The translations under genes and the position numbers were made by a program. From sequence record OM386667.1: 64,000 nt of DNA. One strand, given 5' to 3'. The stretch comes from Escherichia phage vB_EcoM_REC. Positions 55,284 through 62,564 of the stretch are shown piece by piece (the first letter of the stretch is position 1; each line of letters begins with the position of its first letter). The notes beneath the pieces were generated by a model. The model worked only from the letters and a program-made list of their open reading frames with translations, searched no databases and was not told the origin of the DNA.

Positions 55284-55339
55284 TTGACAAGATAACTAAA
55301 ATCAGTAAAATGTAATGCATAGGGCGGCAATAGTGCCGC
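55284..55339 (+). promoter_or_regulatory. early promoter-leader module (TTGACA-16-TAAAAT plus hairpin GCGGCA-atag-TGCCGC)
   Basis: -35 55284-55289, -10 55306-55311, hairpin 55324-55339. Confidence 0.6.
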
Positions 55340-55362
55340 TCATAGTAAGAGGGATTATCAAA

Positions 55363-55578
55363 ATGGCTAATATCCGCACACTGTTAAAAAATGCAAGTCA
55401 AGTTTTATTTTCAGATGACGAGTATTTCAATAAAGACATTACAGGCGTGAAAAATTTAAAAGACGTTAAGGATGTAATAGGTATTCGAGGATCTTTACGT
55501 AAAGGTGACTACTACGGCAATAAAGTACAATATAAATTAAATCAGTCTTATGATTTTACTTTGACAATTATTTCATAA
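55363..55578 (+). CDS. early small protein
   Basis: 71 aa from ATG 55363 after AGAGGGA; track ORF starts upstream inside the hairpin. Confidence 0.5.
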   Translation: MANIRTLLKNASQVLFSDDEYFNKDITGVKNLKDVKDVIGIRGSLRKGDYYGNKVQYKLNQSYDFTLTIIS

Positions 55579-55584
55579 AACCGC

Positions 55585-55646
55585 TTGCAATCTTAATAAA
55601 ATAAAGTAAACTGTATTACATCAAGGCGGCGGAATGGTCCACCGCC
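55585..55646 (+). promoter_or_regulatory. early promoter-leader module (TTGCAA-16-TAAACT plus hairpin GGCGGCGGA-atgg-TCCACCGCC)
   Basis: -35 55585-55590, -10 55607-55612, hairpin 55625-55646. Confidence 0.55.
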
Positions 55647-55670
55647 TAACAAAGAGAAGAGGAAAACATC

Positions 55671-55838
55671 ATGATCACTTTCGCTACCCGTGAAGCCGCT
55701 CGCAACGTTGCCCGTAAAGTTAACGCCGCCAACCTGGGCGCTACGCTTAAAGCCCCTGTAAAAGATGAATCAGGAAAATGGATCTTCCCTGGTCTGCGTC
55801 ATGCTGACAAGTTAGGTACTTTAAGCCTTAAAAAATAA
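55671..55838 (+). CDS. early small protein (55 aa), not in ORF track
   Basis: ATG 55671 after AGAGGAAAAC; N-terminus MITFA shared with the next gene. Confidence 0.4.
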   Translation: MITFATREAARNVARKVNAANLGATLKAPVKDESGKWIFPGLRHADKLGTLSLKK

Positions 55839-55841
55839 TCG

Positions 55842-55879
55842 TTGACTTTTCGTTATAGCGCCTTATAATGGGCGCTATA
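55842..55879 (+). promoter_or_regulatory. early promoter (TTGACT-16-TATAAT) with the -10 box inside the loop of hairpin TATAGCGCC...GGCGCTATA
   Basis: -35 55842-55847, -10 55864-55869, inverted repeat 55854-55879. Confidence 0.55.
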
Positions 55880-55912
55880 GAGAAGAGAAACCACTACTAA
55901 CAAGGAAACATC

Positions 55913-56134
55913 ATGATCACTTTCGCTATTGTCGCCGTTGTCGCTGGTCAGGTTTACATAAACGATACATTCACCACAGAAGACAAGGCCGCAGGAGACA
56001 TAACCGCCGTTTACAATGAGTGCAAGGCAGTAGAAAGGATGTTAGCGCCTTGTATGCTAATGAGTGAACGCCAGGACGGGATAACAGTATTTACTAACAT
56101 TGAAACAGGGTACCAAATGGTAGTAACAAAATAA
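55913..56134 (+). CDS. early small protein
   Basis: 73 aa; N-terminus MITFAIVAVVAG. Confidence 0.5.
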   Translation: MITFAIVAVVAGQVYINDTFTTEDKAAGDITAVYNECKAVERMLAPCMLMSERQDGITVFTNIETGYQMVVTK

Positions 56135-56137
56135 AGC

Positions 56138-56194
56138 TTGACACGGATTTAATTTTTAGTAAACTGTTACACGTAGGGCGGGAATAGTTCCCGC
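56138..56194 (+). promoter_or_regulatory. early promoter-leader module (TTGACA-16-TAAACT plus hairpin GCGGGAA-tag-TTCCCGC)
   Basis: -35 56138-56143, -10 56160-56165, hairpin 56178-56194. Confidence 0.6.
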
Positions 56195-56213
56195 TCAAAA
56201 AGAGAGAAAGACC

Positions 56214-56567
56214 ATGAAAGCACAAAATGCAATTAAAGAGTACATCCTTGCCGCTATCGATTTTAATGATTACGGTATTACAACCGAAAAAGAGAAGATC
56301 GCGGAATTGATGCGCCGTTTTAATTCCGAGTACTGGTACCCTGATAACCAATCACGTTTTAATTATAGTATTGTTAAAGCACTTGCATCATGGTTACAAG
56401 GCTTGCCATCAGATATCAATATCGCTTTCGAATATTGGGAAATTGATCGCCTGTTAACATCCTGGGGATACATTAAAGAGAATAGCAGCGATGATAAAAT
56501 CCAACGAGAAAGGGAAAATTATTGGCTTTATATTGCAGGCGTGATCCTTGCTTGCTCTTATGAATGA
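56214..56567 (+). CDS. early small protein
   Basis: 117 aa. Confidence 0.5.
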   Translation: MKAQNAIKEYILAAIDFNDYGITTEKEKIAELMRRFNSEYWYPDNQSRFNYSIVKALASWLQGLPSDINIAFEYWEIDRLLTSWGYIKENSSDDKIQRERENYWLYIAGVILACSYE

Positions 56568-56573
56568 TAAACC

Positions 56574-56626
56574 TTGACAATTTTACAAAACAGTTTAAAT
56601 TAACAATATAGCGGCAATGGTGCCGC
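56574..56626 (+). promoter_or_regulatory. early promoter-leader module (TTGACA, hairpin GCGGCA-atgg-TGCCGC)
   Basis: -35 56574-56579, hairpin 56611-56626; -10 probably TTAAAT around 56595. Confidence 0.5.
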
Positions 56627-56646
56627 TCATATGAAGAGGAAACAAA

Positions 56647-56793
56647 ATGAATACATCTAATCGCGCAGAAAAAATTCAATCTTCCAAGATCCGCAAGGCC
56701 TGGAACGAGGAAGTGATCCGCAAAGGCGACAAGCGCAATAAAACAAAGCGCGGGAAGAGTGACAAATATAATTGGATGGATTTAGAGGATTAA
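56647..56793 (+). CDS. early small basic protein (48 aa), not in ORF track
   Basis: ATG 56647 after GAAGAGGAAAC; Lys/Arg-rich. Confidence 0.4.
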   Translation: MNTSNRAEKIQSSKIRKAWNEEVIRKGDKRNKTKRGKSDKYNWMDLED

Positions 56794-56799
56794 CATAAC

Positions 56800-56829
56800 A
56801 AGGGGCGCACCAAGCGCCCTTTCTTTTTA
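56800..56829 (+). terminator. rho-independent terminator
   Basis: GGGCGC-accaa-GCGCCC followed by TTTCTTTTT. Confidence 0.7.
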
Positions 56830-56849
56830 CATGTAGAGGATAAACAAAG

Positions 56850-57035
56850 ATGACTTTAAGCGAGCTTAAAACAGCCTACAACGCAACGTTAAAAATAGCC
56901 GTGCGTTACCGTGACGAATACGGTTTTATTGCGCAGGGCGTGATCCTGGGCTTTTCTGACGATGGTTTGATCTATGTTGATGCACATCACAATAAGGTTA
57001 AACCTGAAAACGTCATTAGCATAAAATATCTTTAA
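56850..57035 (+). CDS. early small protein
   Basis: 61 aa; no promoter module of its own, lies just after a terminator. Confidence 0.45.
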   Translation: MTLSELKTAYNATLKIAVRYRDEYGFIAQGVILGFSDDGLIYVDAHHNKVKPENVISIKYL

Positions 57036-57041
57036 AAGTGG

Positions 57042-57097
57042 TTGACACCATAACCGGACCTGTTAAACTGTATTACATCAGGCGGGGAATAGTTCCC
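57042..57097 (+). promoter_or_regulatory. early promoter-leader module (TTGACA-16-TAAACT plus hairpin GGGAA-tag-TTCCC)
   Basis: -35 57042-57047, -10 57064-57069, hairpin 57085-57097. Confidence 0.55.
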
Positions 57098-57119
57098 ACC
57101 ATACAAAAAGGTAAATATT

Positions 57120-57326
57120 ATGATCACCGCAAAACAAGAAAAAATCATTATCGACGTTGCAGCCGTTGCCGCTATTGCTATTATTGGATCTTATTATGAC
57201 ACCGCGCGTCCTTCCTCCTTGCATGAGGTCGCCGCCGTTGCATCAGTTGGCGTACTGTTTTACGTTGGTAAACGCTATTTATCACCAATGATTAACAAGC
57301 TGACACCGTGGAAAAATAAAGGTTGA
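57120..57326 (+). CDS. early small membrane protein
   Basis: 68 aa; hydrophobic AAVAAIAIIGS. Confidence 0.5.
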   Translation: MITAKQEKIIIDVAAVAAIAIIGSYYDTARPSSLHEVAAVASVGVLFYVGKRYLSPMINKLTPWKNKG

Positions 57327-57377
57327 TCCTGTTTTATATTGTGTTATAGTTATCGTGTAGGGCGGCAATGGTGCCGC
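57323..57377 (+). promoter_or_regulatory. early promoter-leader module (TTGATC-16-TATAGT plus hairpin GCGGCA-atgg-TGCCGC)
   Basis: -35 57323-57328 overlapping the upstream stop, -10 57345-57350, hairpin 57362-57377. Confidence 0.55.
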
Positions 57378-57397
57378 GCCCTTTTGAGGATGCAATC

Positions 57398-57682
57398 ATG
57401 AGTAAAGCTAACACCGTGCTAATGTTTTCCCTGATTAATGATTCCGCTTACTTGTCCAACATGACGCAGGAGGGTAACACATTAACGGCAACATTCACCA
57501 ATAAGCTTGACCGGGTGATCATCGTCTCACTGAAAACAGTTAGTAAAGGCTTTTACTCGTTAGCTTATCATTGGATCACCGATACCGATGAGACAAGCCA
57601 GGACTATAGCACCCCTTTCCCTGAATCAATGGCACGGGAGGTCATCGCCGCCGTTGTAAATGATGGTTTGTTTACTGCATAA
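57398..57682 (+). CDS. early small protein
   Basis: 94 aa from ATG 57398; track ORF starts at the ATG inside the hairpin loop. Confidence 0.5.
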   Translation: MSKANTVLMFSLINDSAYLSNMTQEGNTLTATFTNKLDRVIIVSLKTVSKGFYSLAYHWITDTDETSQDYSTPFPESMAREVIAAVVNDGLFTA

Positions 57683-57700
57683 AATAATTTAGAAAAAGGC

Positions 57701-57757
57701 TTGCAATCATTTTGAGATAGTGTATATTTAATTCATAGGGCGGCGGGAATAGTTCCC
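57701..57757 (+). promoter_or_regulatory. early promoter-leader module (TTGCAA-16-TATATT plus hairpin GGGAA-tag-TTCCC)
   Basis: -35 57701-57706, -10 57723-57728, hairpin 57745-57757. Confidence 0.5.
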
Positions 57758-57780
57758 AAAGCAAACGAGAGGATTACACG

Positions 57781-57900
57781 ATGAGCAAGTACACAGTAGA
57801 ATACACGGTAGAGAATCCGGCAGTATCCGAAGGTAAAAAGATGACATTTGCCATCAGTATAATCGCTTTCGTTGTCACTATCTTATCAATCATCTTATAA
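57781..57900 (+). CDS. early small membrane peptide (39 aa), not in ORF track
   Basis: ATG 57781 after ACGAGAGGA; hydrophobic C-terminal half. Confidence 0.35.
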   Translation: MSKYTVEYTVENPAVSEGKKMTFAISIIAFVVTILSIIL

Positions 57901-57910
57901 GGTGCACACC

Positions 57911-58072
57911 ATGAAAACAACAGATATTATCAAAGAGATCGCCCTTGCCGCTGACGTTGAGATCGAGGAAGTGATCGCGCTCAATCTTACAGAAAACGAT
58001 CTGCGCAACTATGAAGCGGAAAGCGTGAAAGCAAGTGGCGCGGTCCTGGCATATAATCCGGCTAACAAATAG
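57911..58072 (+). CDS. early small protein
   Basis: 53 aa from ATG 57911; longer track ORF overlaps the previous peptide. Confidence 0.4.
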   Translation: MKTTDIIKEIALAADVEIEEVIALNLTENDLRNYEAESVKASGAVLAYNPANK

Positions 58073-58073
58073 T

Positions 58074-58128
58074 TTGACAAGCTGAATCAACCTGATAAGA
58101 TGTATCACATAGGGGCGACAAGCGCCCC
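58074..58128 (+). promoter_or_regulatory. early promoter-leader module (TTGACA-16-TAAGAT plus hairpin GGGGCG-acaag-CGCCCC)
   Basis: -35 58074-58079, -10 58096-58101, hairpin 58112-58128. Confidence 0.6.
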
Positions 58129-58152
58129 GCCTAACAGAAGAGAGAAAAAATC

Positions 58153-58431
58153 ATGACCATCGTTAAATTAACAACCGAAGAAATGAAAACAATGTTAACC
58201 ACTAATTTACAAAATTGGAAAATTGGTGTTGACGTTGAAACAGTGTGCAAATTGAACGACAAACTAACACCGGACGACATTGAAACGATCATCCGTGCAG
58301 ATTTCTATGATGCTTTATACGATGATTCCACAGTCCTTGAAACGATGTTGGATAACGCTTGGATCAATCCCGATTTGGCGGCTTATGGTCATCTTGCCTT
58401 TGAAGCCATCCATAATGTTTATAATCGTTAA
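58153..58431 (+). CDS. early small protein
   Basis: 92 aa. Confidence 0.5.
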   Translation: MTIVKLTTEEMKTMLTTNLQNWKIGVDVETVCKLNDKLTPDDIETIIRADFYDALYDDSTVLETMLDNAWINPDLAAYGHLAFEAIHNVYNR

Positions 58432-58441
58432 GGGGGATAAC

Positions 58442-58558
58442 ATGAATCCGAAAGATATGCAAGCATGGAAAGGGTACGACGATCTAAGCGCCTTGCGCAA
58501 TAAGTCAAGCCGTAACCTTAGACGGTTGGAAGCAAAGAAAAAGAAAAAAATAGTTTGA
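58442..58558 (+). CDS. early small basic peptide (38 aa)
   Basis: ATG 58442 after AAGGGGGATAAC. Confidence 0.35.
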   Translation: MNPKDMQAWKGYDDLSALRNKSSRNLRRLEAKKKKKIV

Positions 58559-58610
58559 CAAGTCCGCCTAGTCTGATAATATGTATCTTGTAGGGCGGCA
58601 ATGGTGCCGC
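58555..58610 (+). promoter_or_regulatory. early promoter-leader module (TTGACA-16-TAATAT plus hairpin GCGGCA-atgg-TGCCGC)
   Basis: -35 58555-58560 overlapping the upstream stop, -10 58577-58582, hairpin 58595-58610. Confidence 0.6.
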
Positions 58611-58631
58611 TCACAAGAAGAGAGAAAAATC

Positions 58632-58916
58632 ATGAAAATCACAAAAAGCCTGACTAATTATGCAGCACGTCGCGGATTATGTTTAACCGTTGAAAACTTA
58701 GGGAAAGAAGACTTTTTGTGTTTTTGGGAGCTTGAAAATGATTGCGAGTGGATGTTTTCTTATTCTATCTGCGAAGATCAAAACGGTTGTTTGTTAACCT
58801 GGCGCGGTAATATCTATTTACCGGAAGAAATTAAAGAAGAGTTACCAGGTACGATCATGACAGAGAGACAGCTTAAGGAAGTGATCAATTTTGTAGGGCA
58901 AAACATTAAAAAATAA
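58632..58916 (+). CDS. early small Cys-containing protein
   Basis: 94 aa from ATG 58632; track ORF starts inside the promoter. Confidence 0.5.
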   Translation: MKITKSLTNYAARRGLCLTVENLGKEDFLCFWELENDCEWMFSYSICEDQNGCLLTWRGNIYLPEEIKEELPGTIMTERQLKEVINFVGQNIKK

Positions 58917-58917
58917 T

Positions 58918-58978
58918 TTGACAGTAGGCAAACAACGTAGTAAAGTTTATTACATAGGGCGGCGGAATGGTCCACCGC
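58918..58978 (+). promoter_or_regulatory. early promoter-leader module (TTGACA-17-TAAAGT plus hairpin GCGGCGGA-atgg-TCCACCGC)
   Basis: -35 58918-58923, -10 58941-58946, hairpin 58959-58978. Confidence 0.55.
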
Positions 58979-59001
58979 TCACAACAGAAGAGAAACAAAT
59001 C

Positions 59002-59172
59002 ATGATCCCGACTATGTTTTATGTATCGCGCAAAGGTCACAATATTTTTTGGTCTGAAGATTTAAATGAAGCCATGACGTTTGCCCGTGATCGTGTCGCT
59101 ATCGGTGGCGTTAACATCACCGTAACCGATGAAAACGGCATTGAATACTATAACGGCAACGATGAAGAGTAA
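59002..59172 (+). CDS. early small protein
   Basis: 56 aa from ATG 59002; track ORF starts at the TTG of the -35 box. Confidence 0.45.
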   Translation: MIPTMFYVSRKGHNIFWSEDLNEAMTFARDRVAIGGVNITVTDENGIEYYNGNDEE

Positions 59173-59178
59173 TCAACA

Positions 59179-59198
59179 AGGCGGGATTAATCCCGCCT
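59179..59198 (+). other. intergenic stem-loop without U-tract (candidate RNA processing or stability element)
   Basis: AGGCGGGA-ttaa-TCCCGCCT, 8-bp perfect stem, not followed by a T-run; similar U-less GC hairpins at about 60541-60558 and 60823-60842. Confidence 0.4.
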
Positions 59199-59216
59199 GT
59201 ATTAAAGGGTAATATA

Positions 59217-59363
59217 ATGAAAACTTTCAACGCAACAGCCTCGACAATTGGTTATATTATTACAGTGCAAGCCGTGGATCTGGTAGCAGCAACAAACAAG
59301 ATTAAAAGAATGATCCCGATAGGCAGTGAATTTTCCGTTTGGGAAGTAAAAAATAAATCTTGA
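59217..59363 (+). CDS. early small protein (48 aa)
   Basis: ATG 59217 after AAAGGGTAAT; stop overlaps the next -35 box. Confidence 0.35.
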   Translation: MKTFNATASTIGYIITVQAVDLVAATNKIKRMIPIGSEFSVWEVKNKS

Positions 59364-59421
59364 CGATAATTTGTTATCTGATAGAATGTATTTCGTAGGG
59401 CGGGGCAATAAGGCAACGCCC
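59360..59421 (+). promoter_or_regulatory. early promoter-leader module (TTGACG-16-TAGAAT plus imperfect hairpin GGGCG...CGCCC)
   Basis: -35 59360-59365, -10 59382-59387, hairpin about 59398-59421. Confidence 0.5.
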
Positions 59422-59439
59422 ATTAATGAGGGTAGAATC

Positions 59440-59544
59440 ATGTTAGAGAAAATTTTCACGGTTGTAGTAGTTGGCCTGGCGTTATCGGTTGGAGTGGTTG
59501 CAACTATGGCTAACATGATCCTATCTTCCCACGGTATCGGTTAA
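59440..59544 (+). CDS. early small membrane peptide (34 aa)
   Basis: ATG 59440 after GAGGGTAGAATC; hydrophobic. Confidence 0.3.
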   Translation: MLEKIFTVVVVGLALSVGVVATMANMILSSHGIG

Positions 59545-59554
59545 GGTGAAACAA

Positions 59555-59770
59555 ATGATCACGAACAAAACAGGCAAAACGGAATTTTTACGCGGCTTAC
59601 AAGTTGGTAAGCCTGAGATCTGGCATTGCACGAAGTCCGCGCATAATGAAATGAAAGATTTCACCGCTACTTTACAACGTGTTAAAATATCTATCACACA
59701 GAAAAAAGCCTTGTTGGTAGTAGAAAACGAGATCCCGCAAACTATTATTATTGTCGAGCGTACAGCATGA
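59555..59770 (+). CDS. early small protein
   Basis: 71 aa from ATG 59555 after AAGGTGA. Confidence 0.45.
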   Translation: MITNKTGKTEFLRGLQVGKPEIWHCTKSAHNEMKDFTATLQRVKISITQKKALLVVENEIPQTIIIVERTA

Positions 59771-60153
59771 AAACAGAAATCATTATTGAAATCATCAACG
59801 GCTATAAAGAAGCCTTTATTTTTGCTGAATCAGCAAGGGATCATGAAGGTAATTTTATTGATAACTTAGACGATTATGATTTTTCTCCTAGCGCGGACGA
59901 ACGGATCGCCCAGGATGTAACAGCCTTTATTAATGCTAATCTTGCCGCTATCTCTGAGGCAATGAGCGACGGCGCAACAGCCAACCAGATCGGGAATGAT
60001 TTACATTTTACCCGTAACAGTCACGGCGTAGGCTTTTGGGATCGCCCTGAAATATACACCACTAACACGGCGAACCGCCTAACCAATGCAGCTAAGTTTA
60101 TGCCGAACGTGTCGGCTTACATTGGTGAAGATAATTTGATTTATATTGAATAA
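59767..60153 (+). CDS. early protein
   Basis: 128 aa, start overlaps the upstream stop. Confidence 0.5.
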   Translation: MKTEIIIEIINGYKEAFIFAESARDHEGNFIDNLDDYDFSPSADERIAQDVTAFINANLAAISEAMSDGATANQIGNDLHFTRNSHGVGFWDRPEIYTTNTANRLTNAAKFMPNVSAYIGEDNLIYIE

Positions 60154-60159
60154 AAAGTA

Positions 60160-60215
60160 TTGACACAGATCGCCAGTGTGCTAATATTTACCACGTAGGG
60201 CGGCAATGGTGCCGC
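60160..60215 (+). promoter_or_regulatory. early promoter-leader module (TTGACA-16-TAATAT plus hairpin GCGGCA-atgg-TGCCGC)
   Basis: -35 60160-60165, -10 60182-60187, hairpin 60200-60215. Confidence 0.6.
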
Positions 60216-60234
60216 CGATAATGAGGAAAGTAAA

Positions 60235-60534
60235 ATGGAAACTATCGCTATTGTTACCGTAGAAAAACTGGTTGTTGGTGATGTATTCGCGTTAATGGTG
60301 CCTAACAGCAGCAAACTGGGTGCTTATGAAGTAATGGATCATAAAAATGAATCATTTGGCGACGGTTGCACAATGGCGGTAAAATCTTTAAAGGATGGAA
60401 TCATCCGCCAGGCTAACTGGCACAAAGGGAATCAAGTCGGTTTAATATCAGCTAATTTCTTGCCAGAAGAGCAAACGTTAGACCAACTATCAGGCGGTAA
60501 GACGTTAGCCGAACTACTGGAAACAGCGATCTAA
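60235..60534 (+). CDS. early small protein
   Basis: 99 aa. Confidence 0.5.
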   Translation: METIAIVTVEKLVVGDVFALMVPNSSKLGAYEVMDHKNESFGDGCTMAVKSLKDGIIRQANWHKGNQVGLISANFLPEEQTLDQLSGGKTLAELLETAI

Positions 60535-60578
60535 TCAACAAAGGGGCGGCAACGCCCCACATCAGAAAGGAAAAGATT

Positions 60579-60815
60579 ATGAGTATTGCAACAGTATTAA
60601 ACGCCGTTAAAACCGCTGAATCATCCGGCTTGCATGTTGAGCTTATAGATCAACCAGGTGGCGATCTCCTTGTCCAGGTTTACCCGCCGAAAGTAGGGGA
60701 TGATTATTATTGGGCTTATTCTGATACGTTCGAACAAGTAGACACGAAAGCGATCACGGCTTTTATTTTAAAAGCTATTGAAGAAAATAACTTTCATCAT
60801 AACATCAATCAATAA
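60579..60815 (+). CDS. early small protein
   Basis: 78 aa; preceded by a U-less GC hairpin. Confidence 0.5.
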   Translation: MSIATVLNAVKTAESSGLHVELIDQPGGDLLVQVYPPKVGDDYYWAYSDTFEQVDTKAITAFILKAIEENNFHHNINQ

Positions 60816-60869
60816 ACCATAAGCGGGGCGGTAACGCCCCATTAAACGCAATAGGAAGAGGATAGACGC

Positions 60870-61154
60870 ATGAAAAAGATGATCGCAGTAGTTGCCCTGG
60901 TTGTTGGTATTAACGCGCCTGTAATGGCGAAAGAGTTGCCAGAATCCATCACGTTAACCGATATTAACGCAGTGAACCGGATCGGCGTTAATTATCGCCT
61001 ATGCCTTGCCGCTAAAACTTTCCAGGACGGCACAACAGAGTACTACGGATTCGAGGGTGTCCGGTGCGGTGAGCTTGCACGCGACCTTAAGGAAGATCCA
61101 GACCTTGAGGCCATACCGATGACCGTAAACGGTAAAGCCCAGGTAAACCGCTAA
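60870..61154 (+). CDS. early secreted small protein
   Basis: 94 aa; signal peptide MKKMIAVVALVVGINAPVMA. Confidence 0.5.
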   Translation: MKKMIAVVALVVGINAPVMAKELPESITLTDINAVNRIGVNYRLCLAAKTFQDGTTEYYGFEGVRCGELARDLKEDPDLEAIPMTVNGKAQVNR

Positions 61155-61156
61155 CC

Positions 61157-61291
61157 ATGAGAAAGGTAATCATCACAATGGGGATCGTAGTAGCAACGCT
61201 GGCGCTTATCCCCTTCATGGTTGAATATGTGCTGATTAATGTTGTCCTGGTAGTCAGTGACCTATTGGAAACGGTTGGCACCTGGTTTTAA
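61157..61291 (+). CDS. early small membrane peptide (44 aa)
   Basis: ATG 61157 immediately after the upstream stop; hydrophobic. Confidence 0.3.
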   Translation: MRKVIITMGIVVATLALIPFMVEYVLINVVLVVSDLLETVGTWF

Positions 61292-61303
61292 GGAGTAATA
61301 AAA

Positions 61304-61423
61304 ATGAATGCAGAACAAGTTAGAAAGGTATTAGCAGCGTTGCGGTATCACAACCATAGCAAGGTAAAAAATGATCCTGATTATGTGGATCAAGCCTGGA
61401 AGAAGACACATTGCAAGCTATAA
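61304..61423 (+). CDS. early small peptide (39 aa)
   Basis: ATG 61304 after AAGGAGTAATAA. Confidence 0.3.
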   Translation: MNAEQVRKVLAALRYHNHSKVKNDPDYVDQAWKKTHCKL

Positions 61424-61504
61424 GCCATATGCAAGAATTGTTTAAGCGTATGACAGAGAAAAACAGATCTGATTATATAGGTGACGAGATCTAATCTTTA
61501 CAAA

Positions 61505-61535
61505 AACAGGGCTTGCTTTTGTCCTGTTTTTTGTT
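61505..61535 (+). terminator. possible terminator
   Basis: AAACAGG-gcttgcttttgt-CCTGTTTTTTG; long loop, low confidence. Confidence 0.3.
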
Positions 61536-61671
61536 ATGCTTATTGAACGGGCGGCACTTGGGAGCAGGGGAAGATAATCACCGGAAGACCCCGCTATATA
61601 TTGATAGCTAATACCTATCAAACAACAAAACATCAAAGAGATAAACTATCAAATCTTTACAATCCCACCTA

Positions 61672-61729
61672 TTGACACCGGATCACGCTTACATTATTAT
61701 TTATCACGTAGGGCGGGAATGTTTCCCAC
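61672..61729 (+). promoter_or_regulatory. early promoter-leader module (TTGACA-17-TATTAT plus hairpin GCGGGAA-tgt-TTCCCAC)
   Basis: -35 61672-61677, -10 61695-61700, hairpin 61713-61729. Confidence 0.55.
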
Positions 61730-61748
61730 CTGATTTAGGAGTCATATC

Positions 61749-61982
61749 ATGATCGAACAAATTAAAAGCACTACACCAAATGTTAACGGTAATGTTTCTC
61801 ACTTTATCGGGGATAATGAAAGAGGTACACCGTACGCCGCCGTAACCGTTCAACCTAACGGGGATTATTGGTTTACCGTGTACGGATCTTACTCTTTTGG
61901 ACGTTCGGCACATGATAAGATCTTGCAAGTGGTTAAGCCTACTGGGAAGAATATCACAGCAGAAAAATTTTATAAAAAATAA
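61749..61982 (+). CDS. early small protein
   Basis: 77 aa; RBS TTAGGAG. Confidence 0.5.
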   Translation: MIEQIKSTTPNVNGNVSHFIGDNERGTPYAAVTVQPNGDYWFTVYGSYSFGRSAHDKILQVVKPTGKNITAEKFYKK

Positions 61983-61983
61983 C

Positions 61984-62012
61984 TTGCTTTATAGCTCCTG
62001 TTAACTTATAGT
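61984..62012 (+). promoter_or_regulatory. weak promoter candidate (TTGCTT-17-TATAGT)
   Basis: -35 61984-61989, -10 62007-62012; followed by a different GC element rather than the canonical hairpin. Confidence 0.35.
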
Positions 62013-62060
62013 TATTGCGTAGGGCGAGCAATACAGCAAGCCCACAAAGAGGAAAATAAA

Positions 62061-62429
62061 ATGAGCAAATCAGCAATTAAAGCACTTGAAAAAGCACAAG
62101 AAGTGATCGCAACGTCAACCACTGGCGCAAAGGTTAATCTCGTTGGTTATCTGACAGATGAAACTATCCGTAAAAATTGGCGTAATGCTGATTTACTCGC
62201 TTGCTTATTGATTAATAGTGTCGCTAATGCTTTCCAGTGTGAAACAGCCGAGAGCCTGGAGGAAAACTTGTTTGATAATATGGATCAAGCCATTGAAACC
62301 TATATACAATCAAACCTGGATAGCTGGAACAGTAAAACATGGCCCGACAATTTACGCGATACAACTGATCAACTGATCCGCCTTGCCCTGATGGTTGAAC
62401 GCGATAACGTTCACAACCGCACAAAGTAA
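62061..62429 (+). CDS. early protein
   Basis: 122 aa; RBS AAGAGGAAAA. Confidence 0.5.
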   Translation: MSKSAIKALEKAQEVIATSTTGAKVNLVGYLTDETIRKNWRNADLLACLLINSVANAFQCETAESLEENLFDNMDQAIETYIQSNLDSWNSKTWPDNLRDTTDQLIRLALMVERDNVHNRTK

Positions 62430-62439
62430 GATTATACAA

Positions 62440-62460
62440 GGGGCGCACTAAGCGCCCTTT
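62440..62460 (+). terminator. weak terminator or stem-loop
   Basis: GGGCGC-actaa-GCGCCC followed by TTT only. Confidence 0.4.
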
Positions 62461-62495
62461 AACGTAAAGAAATGTAAATAATGCGCTATCCCCTA

Positions 62496-62524
62496 TTGAC
62501 AGGGGATCGGCGTTATATTATATT
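62496..62524 (+). promoter_or_regulatory. promoter (TTGACA-17-TATATT), no leader hairpin
   Basis: -35 62496-62501 embedded in palindrome CCCCT-attgac-AGGGG, -10 62519-62524. Confidence 0.45.
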
Positions 62525-62564
62525 TAACTCACTGGCAGCAAACAACGAAACAAAGGACAACACC

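Noticed and set aside
58315-58614. Minus-strand ORF of 99 aa beginning MSGTIAALQDTYY
   Set aside because: Same artefact as 51540-51800: it reads back through a promoter-hairpin module and through plus-strand genes that have proper RBS and promoter context.
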